Below are positions 7,569-17,841 of a stretch of DNA of 64,000 nucleotides, piece by piece. The stretch covers positions 6,894 to 70,893 of the forward strand of contig JAEWDZ010000004.1 of NCBI GenBank assembly GCA_023389855.1, read 5' to 3'. Within the stretch, counting starts at the first letter, position 1. Each line of letters opens with the position of its first letter. The position numbers and the translations under genes are program-made. The stretch comes from Bacteroidota bacterium. GTDB taxonomy: Bacteria; Bacteroidota; Bacteroidia; Bacteroidales; Porphyromonadaceae. Below the pieces are notes generated by a model that was not told the origin of the DNA, searched no databases, and worked only from the letters and a program-made list of their open reading frames with translations.

Positions 7569-9458
7569 TTATTTCTTTGATTTGATTACTAGACGGTGCC
7601 CTTGTATAAGTTTATTGTGGGGTATCTGATATGGCTTGATGATACCACCATCGATCGCTACGTCTTCTATTGCTGTATTTCTTTTGCTCCGATATGGTGC
7701 ATCGATCTTTATTATGCTACCTGTGCCGTTGTCTATTCTTACAGCGTCGAAACAGGGAGCTCCTACCGTGTATGTTCCCTTTCTTGGAGAGACTGGATAA
7801 ATGCCTATCATAGAGAAGACGATTGCCGCGGATTTGGCAGCAGCTCCAATAGAAGCAGATCTTATATCTGCACTATTTCTGCAGCATTGCTTTTGTATCA
7901 TGCTTAAAAGAGCTGTACTTTTTTCGCTATTACCCATATAAATAGGTAGGTAATAAAGAAAAAGATCGTTAATCGTTGGATCTTCTTTTTCTAAGTTGCG
8001 AGTAACTATAGCGATAGCCTTGCTTAATTTGTCGTGATCGACTCTTTCTACAAGTTCTTCGATGTTATATGGTTTGATGATCTTCGAAATGGAGTCGGGT
8101 GTAAGGCTGTTGATATCCGCGTATTTACTGCTATCATAATGTATTTCGGCATTGCTGTGCCCACATTTTTTTGCCAAGTCGTTGAAAAGTATAATATCAT
8201 ACTCATCGGGATGATACCAACTGACGGCATTGAGAGCTGCTCGAAAAACGGCTTGTAGGTCAATATCCGTGAACCCTCTATTGTAGCTACTTACAATACT
8301 GACTAAAGATCGATTCTCCTGTTTGATACCCACGAGATTGCCGCCATATGTAGGATAGGTAGGAAAAGTACCGGACGGCGATGTTTTGCTCATTTTTATA
8401 AGCGACTTTATAGCATTGCGCTCTACTTCAGGAAAAACAAGAGCCATGAGGGGGTGTAGAGACAAGTGGGTTTCGCTCAAAAGATCCATGGTATAAAAAT
8501 CCCTGTCATCGTTGGTGAGCACAGAATCTAAGTCTGCACTGTAGTGCCGTCCATCTTCGCTGATCGAAATAGGTAGTGCCAGGGATCTATATAGTGCTGC
8601 GTAGAGCGTTTTCTTCTGTAGGGAGTTTCCTCCTTCTGTACGTATCCTTTTGAGACTGTTTTGCCAAATATTTTTTGCTCTTTTTGCTACTATATTATAC
8701 TCGAAATCAGGGATCTCTCGATGTAAATTTTGTTCGGCTTGCTTGATGCTAATAAGAGAAATTCCATATTTTATGGAGAGACTCCCAGTCTTTGATTTTA
8801 CCTTGACCGTATAATAAGATGATGTAGAGGATCCTCTGTATCGGACTAATGCTTTATTGCATTTAAGGTACACATACAGATTGGCTTTTCCTGTACCTAG
8901 TAATGGATATACTATCTCCATATCGCCGTTTTTATTTATGCTTATCCGACATGCCCGATTGCATGGTGCTATTCTGAAGTAATGCTCGTTTTCTGCGTTG
9001 TTTTTGTAGTTGAATCTATAGATAGCGGCATGCTCAGAAAGGGCAAAGTCGACATTTAACTGCAGATCGGTGAGAAAGGTGTGGTAACTGTACGGAGTGT
9101 ATGTTTCTCCCTTAAAGTAGAGCCGAGGACAGGGCCTATTTATCATATCCTTTTTTATAGGGATAAAGGAGATCGAGGGCGTTGCTGTAGTATCGGCATT
9201 TACCAAGGGAAGAGCATAAATATAAGGCGCATTCTGCTCCCTTTTACAAGGGGCTATCCTCATCATGGCGTGAGGAAGAAAAAGCAATGGTCCCGATGCT
9301 GTATTTTTGCAAGAGGCGTCGTTAAGGAAATGATTTACATAGCTCAAAGGGCTGTATGTTTTAGTATCGTCGTTATTTTGCATAGGACGACAAGAAAAGA
9401 AGACGATAGAGATAATCGTCATCATGTCAAAAATGCTATGCAAAAAAAACTTCTTCAT
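7569..9458 (-). CDS. GH92 (alpha-mannosidase)-like lipoprotein, degenerate active site
   Basis: Lipobox FFSC; YGISLISIKQAEQNLHREI, ISEDGRHYSA, VFSMIGIYPVSP...YTVGAP resemble GH92; acidic catalytic motifs not found. Confidence 0.7.
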   Translation of the reverse strand: MKKFFLHSIFDMMTIISIVFFSCRPMQNNDDTKTYSPLSYVNHFLNDASCKNTASGPLLFLPHAMMRIAPCKREQNAPYIYALPLVNADTTATPSISFIPIKKDMINRPCPRLYFKGETYTPYSYHTFLTDLQLNVDFALSEHAAIYRFNYKNNAENEHYFRIAPCNRACRISINKNGDMEIVYPLLGTGKANLYVYLKCNKALVRYRGSSTSSYYTVKVKSKTGSLSIKYGISLISIKQAEQNLHREIPDFEYNIVAKRAKNIWQNSLKRIRTEGGNSLQKKTLYAALYRSLALPISISEDGRHYSADLDSVLTNDDRDFYTMDLLSETHLSLHPLMALVFPEVERNAIKSLIKMSKTSPSGTFPTYPTYGGNLVGIKQENRSLVSIVSSYNRGFTDIDLQAVFRAALNAVSWYHPDEYDIILFNDLAKKCGHSNAEIHYDSSKYADINSLTPDSISKIIKPYNIEELVERVDHDKLSKAIAIVTRNLEKEDPTINDLFLYYLPIYMGNSEKSTALLSMIQKQCCRNSADIRSASIGAAAKSAAIVFSMIGIYPVSPRKGTYTVGAPCFDAVRIDNGTGSIIKIDAPYRSKRNTAIEDVAIDGGIIKPYQIPHNKLIQGHRLVIKSKK

Positions 9459-9631
9459 TTGTTAATCCAGTGAAAAGGTAATAATATAAAGGTCATTCCT
9501 TTGATTGCTACAAATGTACGCAATTTTTTTATTGTATAGCTAGCAAAGATTTAAATTTCTCTTAATGGACTCTTCTATTTCTTATCTCGCTATCACTCAG
9601 AGTAAATGTTGCTCATTTGTTCAATTTGCAT

Positions 9632-9639
9632 TATCTTTG
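9632..9639 (+). promoter_or_regulatory. -7 box for PASTA-rluD-ddl operon
   Basis: TATCTTTG about 40 nt before the ATG. Confidence 0.55.
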
Positions 9640-9679
9640 AAGTGGAAATATAAACTGATATATAGCTGCTACTGATACT

Positions 9680-10426
9680 ATGCCCAGCAATAAACAGGAA
9701 AATGAGCAAATAAATACGGTCGTAAATAATAACGACAAGCAAAAGAAAAATCGTAGAGGAGTGGGAAGAAAAACATTTTATCAGCGTTTTCCCATTTTGG
9801 TTAATATATTTCTCATGCTTCTGCTATCACTAGTTATAGTAATGCTCGTAGTCTATACTCTAGATCGATATACAAAGCATGGTGAAAGTGTAGAGGTGCC
9901 CAATGTAATAGGTCTCTCTTTGGAGAAAGGTGCCGAGCAACTCGAAAAGGTACATCTAAAGTACGAGGTAGTAGACTCGGTATATAATGAAGAAGGCCTT
10001 CCTGGAGCCATTCGCGATATTGTGCCTGTCGCTGGAAGTAAAGTAAAATCAGAACGCTTGGTATTCTTAACCATAAATGCGACTAGCAAGCCTCAGTTAG
10101 CACTTCCGGAGGTAAAAGACATGTCTATGCGTCAAGCCAAAGCGACTCTTGTAGGCATCGGTTTTACTACGATTATGGTTAAGCACGTCCCAGGTGAGTA
10201 CGATAATCTCACTCAATGTGTAGAAGATAAAAATGGCACACTCCTTACCCCTGGTACCCGAATTGACTACGACACTCCTGTGACTCTTGTTGTCTCTTCG
10301 AATAGTATCGATTTTCCCACAGATAGTTTATTTTCCATCGATTTAAATCAAGATTTTTCAACTCCTGCTGATACAACCAAAGAAAAAGCACCTGAGAACC
10401 TCACCGAAGAGGAAAAATGGTGGTAA
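9680..10426 (+). CDS. PASTA domain-containing membrane protein
   Basis: TM followed by YTKHGESVEVPNVIGLS and a second repeat LPEVKDMSMRQA; conserved context before rluD-ddl. Confidence 0.85.
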   Translation: MPSNKQENEQINTVVNNNDKQKKNRRGVGRKTFYQRFPILVNIFLMLLLSLVIVMLVVYTLDRYTKHGESVEVPNVIGLSLEKGAEQLEKVHLKYEVVDSVYNEEGLPGAIRDIVPVAGSKVKSERLVFLTINATSKPQLALPEVKDMSMRQAKATLVGIGFTTIMVKHVPGEYDNLTQCVEDKNGTLLTPGTRIDYDTPVTLVVSSNSIDFPTDSLFSIDLNQDFSTPADTTKEKAPENLTEEEKWW

Positions 10427-10452
10427 TCTTTTTCGATTTGGACGATACTATA

Positions 10453-11517
10453 ATGGAAGACATAGGATTTTGGACAGAGGAGGATGATGCAATCTCTGCT
10501 GATGGTATACGCTATGAGCATTTTCGTCTTGTAGTTGATGCAGGTCAGGCTCCGCTACGTATAGATAAATTTTTGGTCGATCGAATGGAGCATACTTCTA
10601 GAAATCGTATTGCTCAAGCAGCGGAAGCCAATGCTATTTATGTAGGTGAAAAGCCCGTTAAATGCAATTATAAGGTAAAACCAGGAGATGTTATTACACT
10701 TCGTCTTCTACGTCCCCCTCATGAAAAAGGCATTGTGGCTGAGGATATTCCTTTGGAGGTTGTTTACGAAGATGGTCAGTTATTGGTGATCAACAAACCA
10801 GCTGGTATGGTCGTACATCCAGGCAATGGAAATTTCACAGGGACGCTGGTCAATGCATTAGCATACTATTTGCGAGAAGATCCTCTCTATGATCCTAATA
10901 GTCCTGATGTTGGACTTGTGCATAGGATCGATAAAGATACTAGTGGTTTACTTTTAGTCGCAAAGAGGCCCGAAGCAAAAACCTTTTTAGCGAAACAATT
11001 CTTCGATAAGACAACCGAACGGACATACCATGCATTAGTTTGGGGATTGTTAAAAGAAGACAGAGGTACTATCGAAGGCAATATAGCCCGAGATCCAAAA
11101 GATAGAACTCGTATGACTGTACTTCCTCCTGGTAGTGAGCAAGGTAAGTCCGCAATTACTCACTACCAAGTAATGGATCGCTTGACTTTTGTTACCTTAG
11201 TAGCATGTAATCTTGAAACAGGTCGAACTCACCAGATTAGGGCGCATTTTAAGTCTATCAACCATCCTTTGCTAAGTGATGAAAGATATGGGGGCGATAA
11301 AGTGCTGCGTGGTAGATCTACCTCTTCTTACTTATCATTTGCTCATAATGCATTATCTATCTGTCCAAGGCAAGCTCTTCACGCATACTCACTTGGTTTT
11401 ACACACCCTCTAACAAAAGAGTTTATGCGCTTTACGATAGACGAACCTGAAGATATGAAACTGCTTATCAATGCATGGAGAGATTATACGAAAAAAGTAA
11501 ATACCCCTAATATATGA
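10453..11517 (+). CDS. rluD: RluA/RluD family 23S rRNA pseudouridine synthase
   Basis: S4 domain (RIDKFL), INKPAGMVVHP, VHRIDKDTSG, TGRTHQIR. Start at ATG 10453 (alternative 10417). Confidence 0.9.
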   Translation: MEDIGFWTEEDDAISADGIRYEHFRLVVDAGQAPLRIDKFLVDRMEHTSRNRIAQAAEANAIYVGEKPVKCNYKVKPGDVITLRLLRPPHEKGIVAEDIPLEVVYEDGQLLVINKPAGMVVHPGNGNFTGTLVNALAYYLREDPLYDPNSPDVGLVHRIDKDTSGLLLVAKRPEAKTFLAKQFFDKTTERTYHALVWGLLKEDRGTIEGNIARDPKDRTRMTVLPPGSEQGKSAITHYQVMDRLTFVTLVACNLETGRTHQIRAHFKSINHPLLSDERYGGDKVLRGRSTSSYLSFAHNALSICPRQALHAYSLGFTHPLTKEFMRFTIDEPEDMKLLINAWRDYTKKVNTPNI

Positions 11518-12512
11518 ACAAACGAAGAATAGCCGTTATTGCCGGAGGATTTTCGGGAGAAAGTGTTATTTCACGGAAGAGTGCGATCACACTGATGGAG
11601 CATATCGACACTACTATTTTTTCTCCTTATCTGGTGATTTTGGAAAGAAATGAATCATCTCATGCATTGTCTTTTTCTGTCGAAATTCAAGAGAAGATTG
11701 TACCGATAGATTTAAACACCTTTTCTTTCGAATGGGAAGGCGAAAAAATCTCTTTCGAGTATGCCTATATTACTATACACGGAACTCCAGGAGAAGATGG
11801 GCTATTGCAAGGTTATTTGGACATAATGGGTATTCCATACAATACAGGGGGAGTCCTATGTGAGTCAATTACCTTCAATAAATACATATGCAACACTTTT
11901 CTTTCAGGTAAAAATGTTTTAGTCGCCAAAAGCATTCTGCTTCGACCTTCAGATTTTTCGATGCTTAAGATGCATTTTTCAGATTTCTCCTTTCCTGTTT
12001 TTGTGAAACCTAATAAGGGCGGGAGTAGTTTGGCAACGACGAAAGTACTTGATTTTGATGCTCTAGAGCCAGCTTTGAATAAAGTTTTTGCTATATGTCC
12101 CGAAGCAATTGTCGAAGAAATGATTGAAGGTACGGAAGTTACTTGCGGCTGTATTGTTCTAAATCATAAAAAAATAATGCTTCCTCTGACAGAGGTTGTA
12201 GTTAAAGGAGAAGACTTTTTTACTTGGGAAGCCAAATACCATGGTAAGAGTGACGAAATAACCCCTGCTCGCATAGATGACGTAAAAGCGAATGAAGTTA
12301 AAGAGATAACAGCTCGAGTAGCGGATCTATTAGAAACAAAAGGTATTATACGGGTAGATTATATTATTACACCTGAAGGAAAGCCATTTCTATTGGAAGT
12401 GAATACAACGCCGGGTATGACTAATGAAAGTTTTATCCCGCAGCAACTGCGTGCAGCAGCCCTCCCCCTTAAAGATGTACTCACCACAGTAATAAACGAA
12501 AATTTGTCATGA
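11514..12512 (+). CDS. ddl: D-alanine--D-alanine ligase
   Basis: GGFSGE...S, IHGTPGEDG, VKPNKGGSS, LEVNTTPGMT. Confidence 0.95.
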   Translation: MNKRRIAVIAGGFSGESVISRKSAITLMEHIDTTIFSPYLVILERNESSHALSFSVEIQEKIVPIDLNTFSFEWEGEKISFEYAYITIHGTPGEDGLLQGYLDIMGIPYNTGGVLCESITFNKYICNTFLSGKNVLVAKSILLRPSDFSMLKMHFSDFSFPVFVKPNKGGSSLATTKVLDFDALEPALNKVFAICPEAIVEEMIEGTEVTCGCIVLNHKKIMLPLTEVVVKGEDFFTWEAKYHGKSDEITPARIDDVKANEVKEITARVADLLETKGIIRVDYIITPEGKPFLLEVNTTPGMTNESFIPQQLRAAALPLKDVLTTVINENLS

Positions 12513-13735
12513 TATCCCCTTTTGAACAAACGGATTGGAAAAAAAAAGAACCCATATGGAATCGGATTCGACCATACAGGGATGGAGAAGTAACCTTTGT
12601 ATGTCAGAGACTTCTCTCAGATGATGTTTTTTGTACCTTTATTCGGAATATTTTTCCAGATACAGCAGAGCACCTGTTTGATAAAGTATCTCAAGTCGAT
12701 ACGATCGAAAAATTTAAAACCAATCTGTTGGCACCCATTGTTGAGATGCTTCTTCAGAAAACCTCATTTGGATGCGACCTGACAGGTAAGAGCAATATCG
12801 CTGGTGTTGAAGGAGCCACATTTATATCGAATCACAGGGATATAGTCATGGACTCCGCAATTCTCAATTATCTTTTTTTTACTGAAGGATTGTCTCTCCC
12901 ACGTATGGCTATGGGAGATAATCTTCTAGTTGCACCGTGGATAGAGCCGATCGTTAAGTTAGCAGATGCTGTGATCGTCGAACGAAGCCTTCCACCTCGA
13001 GAATTTTTGCTTTCCTCTTCAGTATTTTCTACTCTCCTGCACTATAGCATCGAAATTGAAAAAAAATACATTTGGATTGCCCAAAGAGAGGGACGTGCAA
13101 AAGATGCCAATGATAGGACACAACCAGCTTTACTCAAGATGATGGCACTAGCCAATCGAGAATGTCCGTATAAAGAGTTACGATCTCTAAATATTGTTCC
13201 TCTGTCGATTTCTTATGAATACGATCCTTGTGATTACCTCAAAGCAAAGGAGTTATACGCTCGAGAAACACTTGGTACGTATACTAAGAAAGAGGGGGAA
13301 GATTATAACAGCATGAAAAATGGTGTTTTGGGATACAAGGGGAGAATTCATTTTGATATAGCTCGTCCTTTGAATGACATCTTGGATGACGAACTTGAAA
13401 AGAATGGAAACGAATGGATTGGTAAGCCTGCTCTCTTTTTTGACAAGATCGCTTCAATAATAGACCGTTCTATCCATGCACGATATCGACTGTATCCCGG
13501 CAATTATGTAGCTGATGATCTCTTGAATAACAGTTCTCTGTCGTTGATGAATGGACATTATAGTCAAAAAGACAAAGATGCATTTATCCATTATATTGAT
13601 GAGAGAGTTGCTCTTGCGGCACCTTTTGATAGTATCGAAGAGAAAGCAATTCGACAGCTACTATTACTTCAGTATGCTAATCCCTTGCGTAACTATCGCT
13701 CTGCAACAGAGACTTTTGAGAATAAAACAATATAA
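12509..13735 (+). CDS. Glycerolipid acyltransferase (PlsC/GPAT-like)
   Basis: SNHRDIVMD (HX4D) and WIAQREGRAKD motifs. Confidence 0.85.
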   Translation: MISPFEQTDWKKKEPIWNRIRPYRDGEVTFVCQRLLSDDVFCTFIRNIFPDTAEHLFDKVSQVDTIEKFKTNLLAPIVEMLLQKTSFGCDLTGKSNIAGVEGATFISNHRDIVMDSAILNYLFFTEGLSLPRMAMGDNLLVAPWIEPIVKLADAVIVERSLPPREFLLSSSVFSTLLHYSIEIEKKYIWIAQREGRAKDANDRTQPALLKMMALANRECPYKELRSLNIVPLSISYEYDPCDYLKAKELYARETLGTYTKKEGEDYNSMKNGVLGYKGRIHFDIARPLNDILDDELEKNGNEWIGKPALFFDKIASIIDRSIHARYRLYPGNYVADDLLNNSSLSLMNGHYSQKDKDAFIHYIDERVALAAPFDSIEEKAIRQLLLLQYANPLRNYRSATETFENKTI

Positions 13736-13749
13736 TCTTACCCGATATT

Positions 13750-15057
13750 ATGATCGATAAAAAACTGTATGATAGTCGTTTGGTGACGATGGATGAGGCT
13801 ATTGATGAGGCTTTATTTCCTCATGCTAATGTAGTACTGGGAGGAGGGGTAGCTACTCCCGATGCTTTTACAGAAGCTATTTATAGAAAAAGAGAGACAA
13901 TTCCGTTTTTTAACCTTTTCACGGTAATCTACTTTGGTAATTGCGAGCATCTTCGCCCTGAAATGAGGGGAAAAATACGACCTGTTGTCAACTTTATGGA
14001 GGCTCAAGCTCGTAAAGCTTATGCCGAGGGATTACTAGATTTTATTCCCTGTCATTTTCACGAGGTCCCTTCGCTTTTTAGAGAAGGGTATTTCCCCGTT
14101 GATATAGCTGTCGTTCATGTATCTCTCCCCGACGAAAATGGCTTATGCTCTTTTGGACTTGCTTGCGATTATACTAAGCCGGCGGCTGATAATGCTAAAG
14201 TAATCATAGCTGAACTAAACCCTCACATGCCACGTGTAGGCGGAGCTGAAAACACTATTCATATAAAAGATATAGACTATATTGTCGAAGTCAATAGGCC
14301 TATTCGCACGGTACCCCAAGCAGAAGTGGGTGAAATAGAAAAACGAATAGGTCAATACTGTGCCAGTTTAGTCAAAGATGGTGCAACTCTTCAGTTGGGC
14401 ATTGGAGCCATTCCCGATGCCGTTCTCTTCAATTTGGAAGATCGTAAGGATCTTGGGATCCATACAGAAATGTTCTCCGATGGTGTGATGAACTTAGTAC
14501 AAAAAGGTGTGGTGACAGGGAATTGCAAAAATATAGAAAAGAGTAAAGTCGTAACAGCATTTATTACAGGAACAAAAGATCTTTATGACTTTGTTAATGA
14601 CAATCCTGATATTCTACTAAAACCTGTAGATTTTACTAATGACCCCTATATTATCGGTCAGATAGACAATTTTGTATCTATCAACAGCGCTATAGAGATA
14701 GATTTATATGGTCAAGTCACAGCCGAAAGTATTGGTTACCGTCTTTTTAGCGGTTCTGGCGGTCAAGTCGATTTTCTACGTGGAGTGAAAAGAAGTAAGG
14801 GTGGAATTTCTATTATTGCTTTACCTTCTACTGCTGCTAAAGGAAGGGTTTCCCGTATTGTTCCCTGCTTGCAGGAAGGATCAATAGTAACGTCTGGTCG
14901 AAACGAAGTTGACTATATTGTTACCGAATACGGTATAGCAAAACTCAAAGGAAAGACAATGAGTGAGCGAGCAAAAGCTCTTATCGATATTGCCCATCCG
15001 GACTTCCGAGAAGACTTGATTAAGGCCGCAAAAAATATGATTGGATACTTTGCGTAA
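13750..15057 (+). CDS. Acetyl-CoA hydrolase/transferase family (4-hydroxybutyrate CoA-transferase-like)
   Basis: DGATLQLGIGAIP, LGIHTEM, SGSGGQVDF, VTEYGIA. Confidence 0.88.
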   Translation: MIDKKLYDSRLVTMDEAIDEALFPHANVVLGGGVATPDAFTEAIYRKRETIPFFNLFTVIYFGNCEHLRPEMRGKIRPVVNFMEAQARKAYAEGLLDFIPCHFHEVPSLFREGYFPVDIAVVHVSLPDENGLCSFGLACDYTKPAADNAKVIIAELNPHMPRVGGAENTIHIKDIDYIVEVNRPIRTVPQAEVGEIEKRIGQYCASLVKDGATLQLGIGAIPDAVLFNLEDRKDLGIHTEMFSDGVMNLVQKGVVTGNCKNIEKSKVVTAFITGTKDLYDFVNDNPDILLKPVDFTNDPYIIGQIDNFVSINSAIEIDLYGQVTAESIGYRLFSGSGGQVDFLRGVKRSKGGISIIALPSTAAKGRVSRIVPCLQEGSIVTSGRNEVDYIVTEYGIAKLKGKTMSERAKALIDIAHPDFREDLIKAAKNMIGYFA

Positions 15058-15141
15058 TTGCCGATTACCTCTTTGGTCACTTACATATTAAATAGCAAGA
15101 AAGTTTTTTGAGTATTATTTTGTCAAATTCCTTTTTTTTGT

Positions 15142-15149
15142 TATCTTTG
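15142..15149 (+). promoter_or_regulatory. -7 box
   Basis: TATCTTTG with TTTG at 15119-15122. Confidence 0.55.
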
Positions 15150-15222
15150 ATAGCGGAAGGCACGGTAGCGTAGTAGCCTTCACATAAAGTATTAAGTTTT
15201 ATACCCTATAATTTTCAGAGTT

Positions 15223-15486
15223 ATGAGTAGAACAATCACATTCAATCAACTGAGAAAAGTTAAAGATGCCTTACCTGATGGTTCTATGCATCGTATAGCC
15301 GAAGAATTGAATCTCGATGTAGAGACTGTTCGTAATTATTTTGGCGGAGATAATTATGAATTAGGCAAAAGTGTCGGTCTGCATATTGAGCCAGGCCCTG
15401 ATGGAGGGGTCGTTGAAATCAGTGATACGACAATATTGGACAAAGCTCTTCTTATCATTGGAGAGATTGTGATGCTGAAGGATTAG
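15223..15486 (+). CDS. Conserved Bacteroidetes small putative DNA-binding protein
   Basis: TITFNQLRKVKDALPDGSMHRIAEELNLDVETVRNYFGG (HTH-like), HIEPGPDGG. Confidence 0.8.
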   Translation: MSRTITFNQLRKVKDALPDGSMHRIAEELNLDVETVRNYFGGDNYELGKSVGLHIEPGPDGGVVEISDTTILDKALLIIGEIVMLKD

Positions 15487-15700
15487 CACACGCTATTTTA
15501 CGATAGATCTTATCTATCTTTTTTTACACTAATGAAGACGATCACTTCATATTAAGAAGATGTATCATGCTTCTTTAGTTATATGATACTAAGAATGAAA
15601 AAGGGTCACTCGTCCTCATGCCTCTGGGTTCTGAAGAAGAGGGATCCTTTTATTCTTTCCTTTATTTATTGTAGCCCGCGTTACATAAACAGACAAATAC

Positions 15701-16894
15701 ATGAAAAACGACACGAACAAAAAAACAGAAGAAAACAACTTGAGTGAAGACAAGTTAGTTACCCTTGCTATACACACATACGAAAAAGCAGAAATTTTAA
15801 AAAGCATCCTCGAAAATGCTGGGATAGAGGCTATTCTAACGAATGTCAATCAGTTGACGCCCATCTTTTCTGCTGGTGTAAGGATAAAAATCAAAGAGAA
15901 AGATTTACTTAGAGCCTTGGATATTGTCGAACACGCCGATTGGAACAAGGATGAGATTTATGCCGAATTAAACTATTTAGATCGCTATCGAAAGGGCGCA
16001 AAGCAATATGGATATGTCCTTTTACCCGTTGATTTTAGTGACTTTACTCCAAAAATCGTTACATTGGGATTCAAATTTGCCGCTCGAAGAGGCTTAGATG
16101 TTGTCATACAACATGCCTACTTTTCTCAATATTTTGCTATGGCTCCATTAGTTATGAACAATGTAATGGACTATCATGATAGACGCGAATTAAATATGCG
16201 ACGAGAATATGAGCAGGCAACGAAAAAAATGGAAGACCTGAAAACCCAAATTGATACTAAAATCAAGGAGGGGAGTCTTCCTGCGGTTTCCTATCAGACC
16301 GTATTACGAGATGGGCATCCAGAAGATTTTATTTTATCTACTATCAAACAGGCCCCACCTACGATTGTAATCATGGGTACACGAGGTAAAAGTAAAAGAA
16401 ACGAAGACCTTATAGGCTCTGTGGCAGCAGAAATAGTAGATAGTGCCAAAGTACCTGTACTGGTGGTACCTGAGGATGCTTTAATAGATGATTTGATGGA
16501 TGTGAAAAATGTAGGTGTTGCTACTTCTTTTGATCAGCGAGATCTCGTTCTGTTTGATAGGATGATGCATCTTTTTAAACCATTGTCTCCCCATTATTAT
16601 CTTTTCAATGTCACGCGCATGGAGCGTGAAATTGGAGAAATGGAACTAAAAATGATGGCATCGCATCATAAAGAACATTACCCCGATGCTGAAATTGAGT
16701 TTGCGCGCTTGCAAGAAGGGAACTTCTCTGAAGCTATGGACGACTTCTTAACGCGTAGACGCATCGATCTTATTGTTATCAATTCGTATAGACGGAATAT
16801 TTTTGCTCGCTTCTTCAATCCAGGAATTGCAAGGCGCATGCTTTTTCACACGAAAACACCTTTACTAGTTATGCCAAGTCGTAGCCTAAGATAG
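15701..16894 (+). CDS. Universal stress protein (N-terminal DUF2007-like plus two Usp domains)
   Basis: VLLPVDFS, IVIMGTRGK...IGSVAAEIVDSAKVPVLVVP, MLFHTKTPLLVM. Confidence 0.88.
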   Translation: MKNDTNKKTEENNLSEDKLVTLAIHTYEKAEILKSILENAGIEAILTNVNQLTPIFSAGVRIKIKEKDLLRALDIVEHADWNKDEIYAELNYLDRYRKGAKQYGYVLLPVDFSDFTPKIVTLGFKFAARRGLDVVIQHAYFSQYFAMAPLVMNNVMDYHDRRELNMRREYEQATKKMEDLKTQIDTKIKEGSLPAVSYQTVLRDGHPEDFILSTIKQAPPTIVIMGTRGKSKRNEDLIGSVAAEIVDSAKVPVLVVPEDALIDDLMDVKNVGVATSFDQRDLVLFDRMMHLFKPLSPHYYLFNVTRMEREIGEMELKMMASHHKEHYPDAEIEFARLQEGNFSEAMDDFLTRRRIDLIVINSYRRNIFARFFNPGIARRMLFHTKTPLLVMPSRSLR

Positions 16895-16958
16895 AAAAAG
16901 ATGTACGTAGATTAGTTCTATCTTTCAAGCTATACAAAAGTATATTATTAAAAATATG

Positions 16959-16990
16959 AGGGGAAGAATTCATCATTCTTCCCCCTTTCT
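16959..16990. terminator. Terminator hairpin between convergent usp and flavodoxin
   Basis: GGGGAAGAAT / ATTCTTCCCC 10-bp stem. Confidence 0.7.
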
Positions 16991-17047
16991 ATTACAACTG
17001 ATAAGGATTTTCCTAATATATCTTACTCCAATAAAATGGGGTGTCCT

Positions 17048-17551
17048 TTACATCTCACTTTTTACGGCTGCAACCCATTTATCCATGCGGTCTTCCGTCA
17101 TGTCACTCTCATTCACTTCATCAAGAAGAAGTCCAATAAGTTTATCTTCTTCTAAGCAGCGCGTTTCATCGTAGTTATACCCTTCTGGAGAGGTTTTCCC
17201 GATAAATTGAGCACCAGTTTTTCTTATCTCTTCTTTGATGGTGGCTAGTGAGTTGCAAAACGTATCGCTGTTATTACTAGAATCGCCACATCCAAAGAAC
17301 GCTATCTTTTTACCAGAGAGATTCAACTCTGCAGTTTTAGGTAGGAAGTCTTCCCAGTCGTCTTGTAGATCACCACTTCCCCAAGTCGAACTGCCCAAGA
17401 GAAGTAAATCGTAATTAAGCATGTCTTCTGCTGAGGCATTAGCTACATCGTGAATGTCAGTGTTATCCACTCCTATTTTCTTTGCAATTTGCTGCGCTAC
17501 TTCTTCAGTAGTCCCTGTAGATGAACCAAAAAATATACCTATTTTACTCAT
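17048..17551 (-). CDS. fldA: Long-chain flavodoxin
   Basis: FFGSSTGTTEEVA, LGSSTWGSGDLQDDW, FGCGD, GLLLDEVNE. Confidence 0.92.
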   Translation of the reverse strand: MSKIGIFFGSSTGTTEEVAQQIAKKIGVDNTDIHDVANASAEDMLNYDLLLLGSSTWGSGDLQDDWEDFLPKTAELNLSGKKIAFFGCGDSSNNSDTFCNSLATIKEEIRKTGAQFIGKTSPEGYNYDETRCLEEDKLIGLLLDEVNESDMTEDRMDKWVAAVKSEM

Positions 17552-17585
17552 ATAATAACTATGAATTTAAGTTTTTATTCTTGAG

Positions 17586-17663
17586 CAAAGATAGAAGATT
17601 AATCAAGTATGTGCAATAGCAATATATGATGATTTTACTCTTTTTTATACTTAATAGTAGGGA
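17586..17663 (-). promoter_or_regulatory. Flavodoxin promoter with candidate operator
   Basis: Minus strand TATTGCACA-N16-TATCTTTG, identical upstream element and spacing to the hmuY promoter; TACTTA-ATAG-TAGGGA at 17648-17663. Confidence 0.6.
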
Positions 17664-17806
17664 TTATTATTTCTAGTCTCGTTCCTATTGTATAGGATGA
17701 CTCAGTATCATACATAGAAAATTTATTGGTATACTTCTCTTCTTGAAAAGAAACATTTCTAACGTCGTATCTTTTGAGAATTATATTGAGAACTTCGTAC
17801 TAAACG

Positions 17807-17841
17807 AAAAGGAAGTGATATAATTTATAATATCACTTCCT
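17807..17841 (-). terminator. Terminator of hmu operon
   Basis: AGGAAGTGATAT / ATATCACTTCCT 12-bp stem, followed by Ts on the minus strand. Confidence 0.75.
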
